The notes beneath the pieces were generated by a model. It saw only the letters and a list, made by a program, of their open reading frames with translations. It did no database searches and had not been told where the DNA came from. From Cetorhinus maximus (lineage: Eukaryota), in assembly GCF_964194155.1 (NCBI RefSeq), contig NC_135890.1:95294001-95358000 (forward strand): a stretch of 64,000 bases of DNA. Direction: 5' to 3'. Positions within the stretch are counted from its first letter, which is position 1; every line of letters begins with the position of its first letter. The position numbers and the translations under genes are program-made. Positions 54,301 to 64,000 of the stretch are shown in pieces.

Positions 54301-57300
54301 ATGAGCTTAATTAAGCTATTGTACTTGGTCATCTTGGCTCATTGTTTTTTTTGTTATTCATTCATGGGATGTGGCTTTGCTGGCTGAGCCAGCATTTATT
54401 GCCCATCCCTAATTGCTTTTGAAAAAGTGGTGGTGAGCTGCCGCCTTGAACCGCTGCAGTCCATGTGGTGCACCCACAGTGCTGTTAAGGATTTTGACCC
54501 AGCAACAGTGAAGGAACGGTGATATATTTCCAAGTCAGGATGGTGAGTGTTTGGCACGCAAGTAGTCCAGTGTTATAGCTTCACCAGGTTGACACCTCAT
54601 TTTTAGATATGCCTGGTACTGGTCCTAGCATGCCCTCCCGCACTCTTCGTAGAACCAGGGTTGACCCCCCCTGGCTTGATGGTAACGGCAGAGCGGGTGC
54701 TATGCCGGGCCATGAGGTTACAGATTGTGTTCGAGTACACTTCTGCTGCTGATGGCCCACAGCACCTAATGGATGCCCAGTCTTGAGTTGCTAGATGTGC
54801 TCGAAATTTAGCGTGGTGGCAGTGCCACACAACACGATGGAGGGTATCCTCTGTGTGAAGGCGGGACTTTGTCTCCACATCAGCTGTGCAGTGGTCACTC
54901 CTACCGATACTGTCATGGACAGATGCATCTGCGGCAGACAGGTTGGTGAAGATGAGTTCAAGTATGTTTTTCCCTCTTGTTGGCTCCCTCACCACCTGTT
55001 GCAGACCCAGTCTAGCAGTTATGACCTTTAGGGCTCAGTCAGTAGTGCTACCGAGCCATTCTTGGTGATGGACATTGAAGTCCCCCACCCAGAGTGCATT
55101 CTGTGCCTTTACCAAACAAATGGTGTTCAACATGGAGGAGCACTGATTCATCAGCTGAGGGAGGGCAGTTCATGGTAATCAGCAGCAGGTTTCCTTACCC
55201 ATGTTTAACCTGATGCCATGAGACTTCATGGGGTCTGGAGTTGATGTTGAGGACTCCCAAGGCAACTCCCTCTTGCCTGTATACCATTGTGCCACCACCT
55301 CTGCTGGGTCTGTCCTGCCAGCGGGACAGGACATAACCAGGGATGGTGATGGTGGTGTCTGGGACGTTATCTGTAAGGTATGATTCCGTTGAGGATGACT
55401 ATGTCAGGCTGTTGCTTGACTAGTCTGTGAGACAGCTCTCCCAATTTTGGCACTAGTCCCCAGTTGTTAGTAAGGAGGACTTTGCAGGGTCAACAGGGCT
55501 GAGTTTGCCACCATTTTTTTTTGAGACTTTGTAGCAGTTTGATAGAACTGAGTGGCTTGCTAGGCCATTTCAGAGGGCATTTAAGGGTCAATCACATTGC
55601 TGTGGATCTGGTGTCACATGTAGGCCAGACCAGATAAGGATGACAGGTTTCCTTCCCTAAAGGATATTAGTGAACCAGATGGGCTTTTACAATAATCGAC
55701 AATGGTTTCATGGTCACCATTAGACTTGTAATTCCAGATTTTTATTGAATTCAAATTCCACCATCTGCTGTAGTGGGATTCAAAAGCATTATCCTGGGTC
55801 TCTGGATTACTAGTCCAGTGGCAATACCATTACGCCCTAAGTCAAAAACATTCTGGATTCAAGCCCTGCTCCAGAACCTGGCTGTACAGTCCAGGCTGCG
55901 TTGTCGTAGGTACTGTCTTTTGGATGAGATGTTAAACTGAGATGTCAGCAATGTTCAGAGAAGAGTAAGGAATTCTTGGAGTGTTCCAAGTTTCAGTCCT
56001 CCCTCAACCAACACTATCAAAACTGTTTAATTGCTTATTTCTCATTCATTGTTTGTGGGATCTTTGCATTGTAAATTAGCTTTGAAGGGATTTAGAATAT
56101 CTTGGCATAAAAGGTGCTTTTTTTTTCATTGTACTGTTTGAACAGGTTCATAATATAGAAAACAAATTCTAATGGGAAATGCTGTCTGTGGGCCCCCATG
56201 ATGGTTTGCTAGAAAATATAATGCATGGTGTGGTATGGAATAGCAAGATCCTAAATTTGATCTCTGTTCTCTGTGCCAGTGGTTGAGGTAAGGGGTATAG
56301 GCAGGTATTACAGTTTGCTCCTCTATCCTGGGTTGGTGGCCAGTTATCAATTGCCCCTCACTGGAAACTGCATATTATGGAAATGGTGTAAGGATACAGT
56401 CAGTTTGGTTGCAAAGCTGCCCGTTGATACTAATTATTTATGTTTGCTTGTGAAGAATTACTATGTTGTTGAGGTACTAGAGACCTGTTGGCATATGTAA
56501 AACTTACCACAGTATAAGTCAGGAGATGAGGTCAATAAAACTAATTTGGGAGGAATGCAGTATGGAGGCAGTCATCTTAAATTGCCTGATCTTCAAAGAG
56601 AGGCGAGCGAAACTGAAGCCTATTGTGAATTTTTGATGTCAATAGGTACATTAAAACATACTCTTGCATTTTCCACACTTAAAATTCCAACAGCATGAAT
56701 AATTAATATTTTGACATTTTATGCACAATTGTTACTAACTGTATTAAATAACTAACACATATTTCAATTGACTTTATAGCCACGTGATCTTGCTCGTATT
56801 AGTGAAAAAAGAAAAGAGTTCATGACAATGGCTAGTGATTCACCTCATTCAGGCTCTCAACCACGCTATCATGCAGAGAGGTTTGAAAAGTTCAAACCAG
56901 GTGTTATCAGGTAAAAACACTCTTGGATTATCATACAGCACAGAAGGAAGCTATTTGACCCATGATTCTTGTGCCAGTTCTTTGAAAGTTATTCAATTAG
57001 TCCCATTCCCCTGCCCTTTCCTCACAGCCCTACTGTGGCAGGATATGCTGAGGGGAATTACTACAGTTATGCCCCTTGCTTGTGTAACAATGCTGCCACT
57101 TGCAAAATGGCATATTATTCTATTTTCCTACCTTCAGAAAAAAAAGAAACTGCTTTCGTGCAGTAAGCTGCCTCTTTGTTATTATTTTTTGTAGATACAG
57201 CCTTTGTATTCTGTGTAAAATCCACAAAAATATCTTTTAAACCATAAAACTGTAAATGTCCTCTGGAATGACTTCCTGCCCATCTACCAATGTTATTGTT

Positions 57301-59663
57301 CATGGCATTGAATAATGTTTGTTTAACTCATGGGTTTTTGTTTAACTTCATTGGTCCTGCAGTGTAGAACTTAAAGAAGCTCTGGGGATGACTGATGAAA
57401 CTCTCCCACCATTTATCTATCGGATGCGTCGATTGGGTTATCCACCTGGATGGTTACTAGAGACCCAACAAGAGAATTCTGGGCTTGCTTTATATGACGG
57501 AAAAGGTGAAGCATTCCAAATACGAACTTTGTGAATATATAGATATTGGAAATGCATGTGGTATATTTAATCATTTCATAATCAATGTATTGATGCATTT
57601 TTTCTTTTGTTTATTTGCCATAGGGTAGTTTTGCTTTTATAATTAGCTTACACTTACTGGATACTTGGAAAAACCCTACCATACCCCAATCCAGTTAATG
57701 TCTCCAATCATTCTGTTGCGGGATATGATGAAGGGGATTACCCTTCTACTTCTGCTGTTGAACATGTTGAACTTGCCATATTATCGTAAAATGCATTATT
57801 CAAAAGCTAAATTTTGGAGAATAATGGAAAAAAATTGAGACCAGCAAGAAACTCTGAATAAGTGTTTCTGCTAGTAAATGATGATATTCTCATTAACCAA
57901 GGAATCTATGTCTGGCATTCATTGCTTTGCACCATGAAATATGTGCTGTTCACCTCAGTGACTCTGTTTATTAAACCACACATGACTCTTTGTTTAGAAA
58001 CAGCTTGCCCATTAAAATGTTTTAGCTGATAACTCCCATCAAATATATAATGTAGGTCTCCATCTCTTTGAACTATTTTTTGTTCCTTTTTATACTTGAA
58101 CTGTTAAACACCATGAAATTCTGACAGAGTATTTTTTTAAAGTGACCTCAGATTTTTCAATTGCAAGAAATCCATCTGACAACGTATTAGAGTGCCATCA
58201 ACACGTAGCAAGATGCAAGTTTTGTATTTTCCCTTCTTGAAATTCCCTACTAACAGCACCAGGGGAATGCCACCCAATATTAAGGCCGCAACCATTTAGA
58301 GATTTCAAGATTTTTACCAAACAGAAATGAAGAATTAAACAGTTTTTGCCTGAGTCAGGAGAATGTGTGACTTGTTTAAAAGCATATCTTCTTGGGGGGT
58401 GGGGGGGAAATACAATATTTGCAACAGAATTTTAAAGAAACTGAAAAGCTCATGCCTTTGTTCTAAAAGTTGGGGCCATTTTTTTCTCAGGCACAGTTAT
58501 AAACATATTTTAACAGTTTTCTCTATTTTATATATAGATTCGAGTGACAGTGAAACGGAACATGACAAACAACATCTAAAAACTCATTCTCCATCCTATG
58601 ACACCAGTAAACTAATAGATTATGCAGGATTCAATGCTGTCATTCCAAAAGGGATTCAGGATGTAAGCATTGCACTTTGTATGCTCCAATCTATTTTTGT
58701 TCCCCACCATACCCTTAGTTTCTTCTGTCTTTCCTCAAATGTGCTGGTTAATGCTGGACTTTGCATCTTCCAAGCTTTGGCCAACCAATTCCTACCTTTT
58801 CAGCCTGGATTGGTGAGCATTTTGACCATGGAGCATCACAACCTTGTCATTGCTTTGGAAAATTGAAGCAATCACTGGAGTTATTAAAAGCAGGATCCTG
58901 GTCTGCATTTTTTTCTCTCACTTCACTTCAGGGCTAATTCTGTTCCTAGCTGAGAGCAGCTAACTAAGGACAGACCAAGAATCAAAACTTAAATCTTCCT
59001 GACTCTTATGGCTTAGCAACAGAGCTATCACAGGATCCTTCAATCAATGTTCAAACAGTATTTGCCTTGCACAAAACTTCAGTGTTAACATTCAGTAAAT
59101 GTTATTTTTATCTTTTTTTTGGCCTCCAGGTAGCCCCTTCTCGGCCATTTGTATGTTTGTGAATTAGATGTCTTGAATGTAGTCCATAGACCCAGTTCCT
59201 GTGCAAATTAACAACACCGTCATGATTTTCTCAGTATCATCTCTTACTACAAACTGTGTAAACACGATTCCAAATATTTAGATTTAAAACTTTGCCTACA
59301 CTTTCAAAAATAAATGAAGCAAGCCTTTTGCTGATTAACCACCAGCATGAGGCTATATTAGCTGTGGAAATTCTAGTCCGAATAACTTTTTATTGCTTTA
59401 GGATATAAGGTTCATTTTTAAAACTTTGTAGAAAAAGATGTAATGAAATAAAGTAGCTCAGGTAGCTCTCCTCAGTGATTATTTTGCTCCGTAGCTGATT
59501 TTATGTATGCGGTGATATGCGCCAGAAAGTTTTTCTAACTGATTTGCTTCGGTATTTTGTTTTATGGTGTCCTTAGGAATGGAGGCAGTATGGTTCAATT
59601 CCAATGCAGTCCCATCACCTGAAGGAATACTTCGCACATCAATTGGTTGCTGATTATCCCACT
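44993..59663 (+). CDS. ZCCHC8: Zinc finger CCHC domain-containing protein 8 (NEXT complex), exons 1-12, 3'-incomplete; join(44993-45167,47108-47150,47581-47655,47762-47867,47951-48028,51102-51205,53879-53944,54060-54120,56780-56910,57363-57505,58538-58662,59577-59663)
   Basis: DFGDRELFEEF; ENQELKRKLN; VVGSVQYFTNFCLDKLGQPLLNENPQLTDGWEIPKY; zinc knuckle CFNCGSTEHQLKDC; PSP domain LPPFIYRMRRLGYPPGWL; all phases consistent. Confidence 0.96.
45725..46001 (-). mobile_element. Bipartite SINE: 5' head + 3' tail of the 22245-25412 LINE
   Basis: 45740-45782 matches LINE tail 22270-22313, joined directly to a match of LINE head 25151-25412. Confidence 0.8.
47108..47150 (+). CDS. ZCCHC8: ZCCHC8 exon 2
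   Basis: tcccttaac..ttaAC|(N)QELKRKLNLLTQP(S)|gtaaca. Confidence 0.9.
47581..47655 (+). CDS. ZCCHC8: ZCCHC8 exon 3
   Basis: KIVVSDSKTDGPMVQILFMNNSIS(K)|gtaagt. Confidence 0.92.
47762..47867 (+). CDS. ZCCHC8: ZCCHC8 exon 4
   Basis: QFHQEIEDFITGLV...EKTSFNVKPQ|gtgaat. Confidence 0.92.
47951..48028 (+). CDS. ZCCHC8: ZCCHC8 exon 5
   Basis: PSSVLLEEHLKV...IKEAFH|gtaagt. Confidence 0.92.
48100..48260 (+). mobile_element. Ancient LF-SINE-like fragment
   Basis: ggttcaaccc...agtcagctgatctcagcttgggcgg motif; related inverted remnants near 13170-13290 and 58900-59030. Confidence 0.5.
51102..51205 (+). CDS. ZCCHC8: ZCCHC8 exon 6
   Basis: VVGSVQYFTNFCLDKLGQPLLNENPQLTDGWEIP(K)|GTATCCTG. Confidence 0.93.
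51283..51961. mobile_element. GC-rich non-autonomous DNA transposon (MITE, Harbinger-like ends)
   Basis: Termini ggccagaatt...aattctagcc are inverted; sharp GC-content shift; AT/TA flanks. Confidence 0.6.
52541..53570. mobile_element. Penelope family B ~1-kb fold-back (two inverted 3' ends)
   Basis: 52541-~52990 is the diverged reverse complement of ~53160-53570; ends atattgctga...tcagcaatat; right arm encodes DSAIGQCLLNNP..FKI..LEAAYIHTWGPILCKQ (GIY-YIG C-terminus). Confidence 0.85.
53879..53944 (+). CDS. ZCCHC8: ZCCHC8 exon 7
   Basis: YQQVFAQVVSLDGQEMELKAK(R)|gtatgt. Confidence 0.9.
54060..54120 (+). CDS. ZCCHC8: ZCCHC8 exon 8 (CCHC knuckle)
   Basis: PKPCCFNCGSTEHQLKDCPK|gtaaga. Confidence 0.94.
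54352..55838 (-). mobile_element. Internally deleted 1.5-kb copy of the tRNA-headed APE-RT LINE
   Basis: Head + APE (VREPTRGKNILELIFTN..SIGRSDHCT) match 24110-25400, then jump at ~54550 to the 3' tail matching 22245-22455; RT missing. Confidence 0.88.
55850..56120 (+). mobile_element. Deu-domain SINE, degraded
   Basis: ggtactgtcttttggatgagatgttaaactgag core. Confidence 0.6.
56780..56910 (+). CDS. ZCCHC8: ZCCHC8 exon 9
   Basis: PRDLARISEKRKEFM...RYHAERFEKFKPGVI(S)|gtaaaa. Confidence 0.93.
57363..57505 (+). CDS. ZCCHC8: ZCCHC8 exon 10 (PSP domain)
   Basis: ELKEALGMTDETLPPFIYRMRRLGYPPGWL...SGLALYDGK G|gtgaag. Confidence 0.94.
58538..58662 (+). CDS. ZCCHC8: ZCCHC8 exon 11
   Basis: (D)SSDSETE...YDTSKLIDYAGFNAVIPKGIQD|gtaagc. 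Confidence 0.9.
59577..59663 (+). CDS. ZCCHC8: ZCCHC8 exon 12
   Basis: EWRQYGSIPMQSHHLKEYFAHQLVADYPT|gtaagt. Confidence 0.9.
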
Positions 59664-61287
59664 GTAAGTTTAACGCTTCACCTTCTGTCTATTACTATTG
59701 CTTTTTATGTTGATTGACATATCCGGGTTCAATTATTTTTTTCAATTTGAAATTCTTGTAATTGTAAATTCATGAGTAGAAGATAATTGGGCTAAAATTG
59801 ACTAATTTACCATGAAACAGGGAACAAAACTACAATCTGGTCAATATGATTCTGTGTCGCACCAGCGGCTGAGCTATCAGAAATGTTTACTGAGGTTCAA
59901 CTGTAAGGTATCAGATGAGGTTGAGCAGAGGCCAACCACATTCTTGCATCAATGTCCTGCCAGACAGCTGCTGCACACTTCCAGATACAAGGATTCTAAG
60001 AGCAGATTTCCTATGTCCCACTGCCTTGACCTAGATTGACTGGGCAAATTAACACAACTTCGGTTTATCTGAAATCAGTGTCACAATTGCACACCGTTTG
60101 ACATTTGTTCATGAGAGGGCAATAATATTTTTTCAAACTGCTCTTATCAAAACTTCTTTCGCCAAATTATTTCAATGATCAATCTTAAATGTATTTCTAA
60201 GCGAATTGGGTATAGTATAGGTTGTGTCTCAAAATTATCGTTGGAATTCTAATGCTTCTGGCCAATTAACCCTTTCACTGCTAAGTTCCAAGTGATTTGA
60301 TTTGACTTGTATTGGTGACAGTGATTATATATTTTATTCGATATAATGCAAAACTTAATGCGTTGCTGTTTTTGAGCAGTAGTTAACAAGGCACAATCGT
60401 GAGTTGTATTACCCATTTTATCCTGGGAGAAGGTTGCAATCTACCCCCGCCAGCCCATGTCACAAGTGCCTTAGCTCTATCGTTACACACGTGGGATATC
60501 AACATCAGCATGTCCCTCCCTTGGCTATGTCTGCTGGATGGTCCCAAACTCTGCAAAAATGCCTCTTTAAACCCTCTGTGCATGGGAAGTTATTTCTTAG
60601 TCTTTACACACTAAAGCCAACGGAGAGCAGTTTTACTCATTCGTGAACCTACAACGGACCTAACCTAATTACAGAAACGACACGTACTTAATGTTGCCCA
60701 CCCAGATCAGCCTAGTCCCTCATGATCCCTGAATCCATCTGTATTTCACTCTGTTACGAATACGAGACTTTAAGGTTTTAAACTGTCTCCTTTAAGGTAA
60801 AACAGAATGTCCTGGAAAGGAGGATGGTGAAATCATACTGAACCCTGCCCAGAGACAGGCCCACATTACTTTGTTGTCATGGGGAAAGAGGCCCAGGCTG
60901 AAACCTATAGAAAATCAAGAGCTAGTTTTCACACCTTGCACAAAAGAGGGACAACTGGTCTTTCTGGACACGGACTCTCAAACTCAGAGAGACCAAAAAA
61001 CAGCTGCTCCTATGCCAAGCAGAGGGAACCTGTTGAAAAGCCACGAGGTGTGTAGAACTTAATCTACAAGGCTACATATTTGCTGAGAACATGGCATAAC
61101 ATAAATGAGATGTTTTTGGTTGAGTTAATTAGTTAATGGGGAAGTACCTTCTCTGTAGTTTGGGTATTTTAGTTCCTTATTAGGTGATGTTTAGTCGATG
61201 CTGATTTTTCATTTGTTACAGTAACCAAACTGTTTACTGTAACAACAATACAATGTGAAATAGTCATTTGGTAGTACAGAACTTGAG

Positions 61288-61563
61288 TATTGCAGAAAAA
61301 GACATGTCAAAGCTTTTTGGCTTGCACTCGTCAGGATACTTGGCAAGAAAACCAATATAAGGGGAAAATAATTTACACTGTATGTAAAGAGAGTGCTGAT
61401 TGGTTGGCAGTGGACTCTGATTCGTAGAGGTGTTGCCATGGAGAATGTACCAATGATGGTGAATGACAGTATAAATTGTTGTTTTGCCCCTGATATTGGT
61501 ATTCTTGCAAAGTGTCCTGATGAGTGCAAGACAAAAGCTTCGAAATGTCTCTTTTCTCAGCAA
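61288..61563. mobile_element. Penelope family B short fold-back with two decayed hammerhead motifs
   Basis: + strand tgtcCTGATGAgtgcaagacaaaagcttcga (61513-61543); - strand atcCTGACGAgtgcaagccaaaaagctttgac (61337-61306). Confidence 0.8.
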
Positions 61564-63445
61564 AACTTGAAATGTTATTGTGTGATTCTTTCTGTCGTTC
61601 GCTGGGAAATTCATACCTCTTTAAAAGTTACTGTTCCCACGAGGATCATAACAAATTTGGGGCTCTTGCAGCCAGAGGCTGTAAAAGGGTACACTAGAAT
61701 TTTCCAGAGTTTAAACACACAAGATTTTGCGTTTACTTTCACTGCATTCAGCTACGAGTTAACATGGCCACTTCTATTGATCAGGTGTTTCTGGAGAAAG
61801 ACGACCTGCCTGCCTGCTAATGCCTTACAATAGTTAACAAAGGTTAACTTGAAGGCAGAGAAATTAGAAGTAGACTTGGAAATAGGGGCTGAAAAGGCCG
61901 AGATTATTGTAGCATTGGCTCAACACTTGAACCTTGAGGAGGAAGAGGGTGATCCTGATCAGGTTGGGTTAGCTGAAATCAGTTGCCAATGAAACTCCTC
62001 AAATTGGAGTTGGAAAGGCAAAAATTTAAATTTGAGAAAGAGAAATGAAAAAACTTGAATTTGAAAGAGTGGAAAAAGAAAGGAAAATGTGAAAATTGAT
62101 TTCGAATTCCACAGAGAAAAGGAAAATGTTGAAATTTAAAGAAAGAGAAAAGTGAAGAAATTTGAACTTTTGATTACTTTGGGGGTGTTAGGAAAACTTG
62201 ATGACAAATCTCAGATTTAACTCTTCTTGATATTTGCTTAGTGCCTAAGTTCGGTGAGGAAGGAGTTGAAATGTATTTTGCCATTTAAGAAAATTGCTAC
62301 AGAACTGCAATGACCAAAAAAAGTTGGAATGTTATTGCAAAGCGTAATCATAGGGGAAGGCTCTGGAAATGTACTCATCTCTTTTAGATGTACATTCTGG
62401 TAACTATGATACAGTGAAAACTATGGTTCTCAATGCCTATGAGATAGTGTCAGAGGCTTACAGACAGAAATTTAAGGAAGAAATTGAGTCAGACTTTTGT
62501 GGAATTTGCTAGAGAAAAGGAAATGATGTTTGATGGGTCCATGAATGTTCAACAAGACTTTGAAAACCTTTAGAGGTATTGTTAATGGAAGTTTTTAAAA
62601 ATGTCCCTTTGGGAATAAGGTCCCACATGGAAGACCATAAAATTGCTAAGATAAGAAGCTGCAGCAAAGATGGACAGTTACGAATTGTCTTGCAAGTATG
62701 TCAGTAGCAAGTCATTGTTTGCGAGCTCGCATAGAAACTGGAGAGATAAGAGATCAGACCTAAGTGAGAGAAGTGGCCTGGGGAAAGAAACAGACTCTCC
62801 TCAAGACTAGTAAAAAAGATAGCCTGGAGGCCAAGATTGATTCAATGTTATTTTTGTTATTAAAAAGGACATGTGAAGGTTGAATGCTTTAACTCAAAAA
62901 GCAAGGCTGTAGCATTTGTGAGATTGCACAGTGTTCCTCTTGAAATTACTGTCCCAGTGGGTAAAGCTGCTGGTAAACCTGTATTCACCACTAAAGAGGG
63001 TGGGAGGGCATGCTGCAGGGTGCAGTAAAATAATGTAACTTTTATGTTTCAAGGTGACATGTTCCCATTCTTGTCTGGTGAGGTAGGCAATCAAATTGTT
63101 GTGCTTGAAGATACTGGATCAGTCCAGTTAGATGTTGGCAGGTGACAGGACATTCCAGAAAATGTGCTAAATAAAAATTTATTGATACAGGGTTTTGATG
63201 AAAGTTATTTGCCCGTTCCTTTATGGAGAGTTGATTTAAAATTTGCCTTCATTTCTGGTCCTTTAATTGTGGGGGATGTGCCTAATTTGCCCATTGATGG
63301 TATAGATTTTTTTATGTGGAAATTACTTGGCTGGGGATAAAATATTGCTGTCTCCAGTGATTCAGCATAAACCCAATTGAGGCTGTTGAAACTGAAGTGG
63401 TACTAGAAAAGCCAAATGTCGTAAAAGAATCCTCAACTTTATGTA

Positions 63446-63653
63446 CAAAAACAAAAATACCTGGAAAAACTCAGCAGGTCTGGCAGCATCTGCGGAGAGG
63501 AACACAGTTAATGTTTCGAGTCCGAATGACTTGAATTCGGACTTGAAACGTTAACTGTGTTCCTCTCCGCAGATGCTGCCAGACCTGCTGAGTTTTTCCA
63601 GGTATGTTTGTTTTTGTTTTGGATTTCCAGCATCCGCAGTTTTTTGCTTTTAT
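63446..63653. mobile_element. Young Penelope family A fold-back, 14-bp TSD
   Basis: Near-perfect ~80-bp-arm hairpin centred at ~63530; ctcaactttatgta at 63432-63445 and 63654-63667. Confidence 0.9.
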
Positions 63654-64000
63654 CTCAACTTTATGTAACCTTGCTGTGAAAATTGCCATTTCAACTAAAG
63701 ATGTGTGCAGAGTCAGAAACTCAAACTACTAATGTTAAAAGGATGTTGGAGCATCAGACTATTGGGAACGAGGTAAAGCAGCCTGAATTAGACATGCAAG
63801 GAAAACATGAACAGGATATGACAAGCGCAGACCAACAGTACTCAAAGCTGATGGTGAAACAATGACCCAGTTGTATCCAATGTTGTTACCACAGCGCTGT
63901 GAGGAAAGATATATGGTCTTGAACGTAAATTAAAACTTCAAAATGAAGAACCAGTCACTCTTACTAGAAAAGAAATTGCGGACAAAGCTCGAGTTGAATT

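Larger units (their letters stand above)
60752..64000 (+). mobile_element. Decayed Gypsy-type LTR retrotransposon (5' LTR 60752-61653, gag, protease) in ZCCHC8 intron 12
   Basis: LTR termini TGTTACGA...TCATAACA followed by degenerate tRNA-Pro-like PBS (tggggctc); capsid remnants VPKFGEEGVEMYF, YDTVKTMVLNAYEIVSEAYRQKF; knuckle CYFCY*KGHVKVEC (62846-62887); protease VLEDTGS (~63100-63120); many stops and frameshifts. Confidence 0.85.

Noticed and set aside
58363-58866. 167-aa ORF
   Set aside because: Only 58538-58662 is ZCCHC8 exon 11; the flanks are intron

Overview
Vertebrate genomic DNA, most likely a cartilaginous fish (shark). This is inferred from its CR1/L2 LINEs, Deu-domain and LF-type SINEs and abundant Penelope-like elements. 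Three spliced protein-coding genes were reconstructed by hand. (1) RSRC2 is complete on the + strand (ATG 1729 to TAA 34314, 10 core exons, 589 aa), with an RS domain enlarged by two coding minisatellites and one GC-AG intron. (2) An uncharacterised 426-aa gene with 4 coding exons lies on the - strand (44512 to 39100), head-to-head with ZCCHC8. (3) ZCCHC8 exons 1-12 are on the + strand from ATG 44993 and run off the window; two of its introns are U12-type. The most interesting non-genic signals are: a perfect 30-bp inverted repeat bracketing a candidate poison exon in RSRC2 intron 1; a second poison exon plus an alternative acceptor in intron 3; minimal hammerhead ribozymes in Penelope pseudo-LTRs, often in fold-back insertions; and a single-ORF LINE with a tRNA-like head alongside its 1.5-kb and 0.28-kb derivatives. 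No database searches were run. Gene identities rest on recognition of the translated sequences, and repeat boundaries are approximate.
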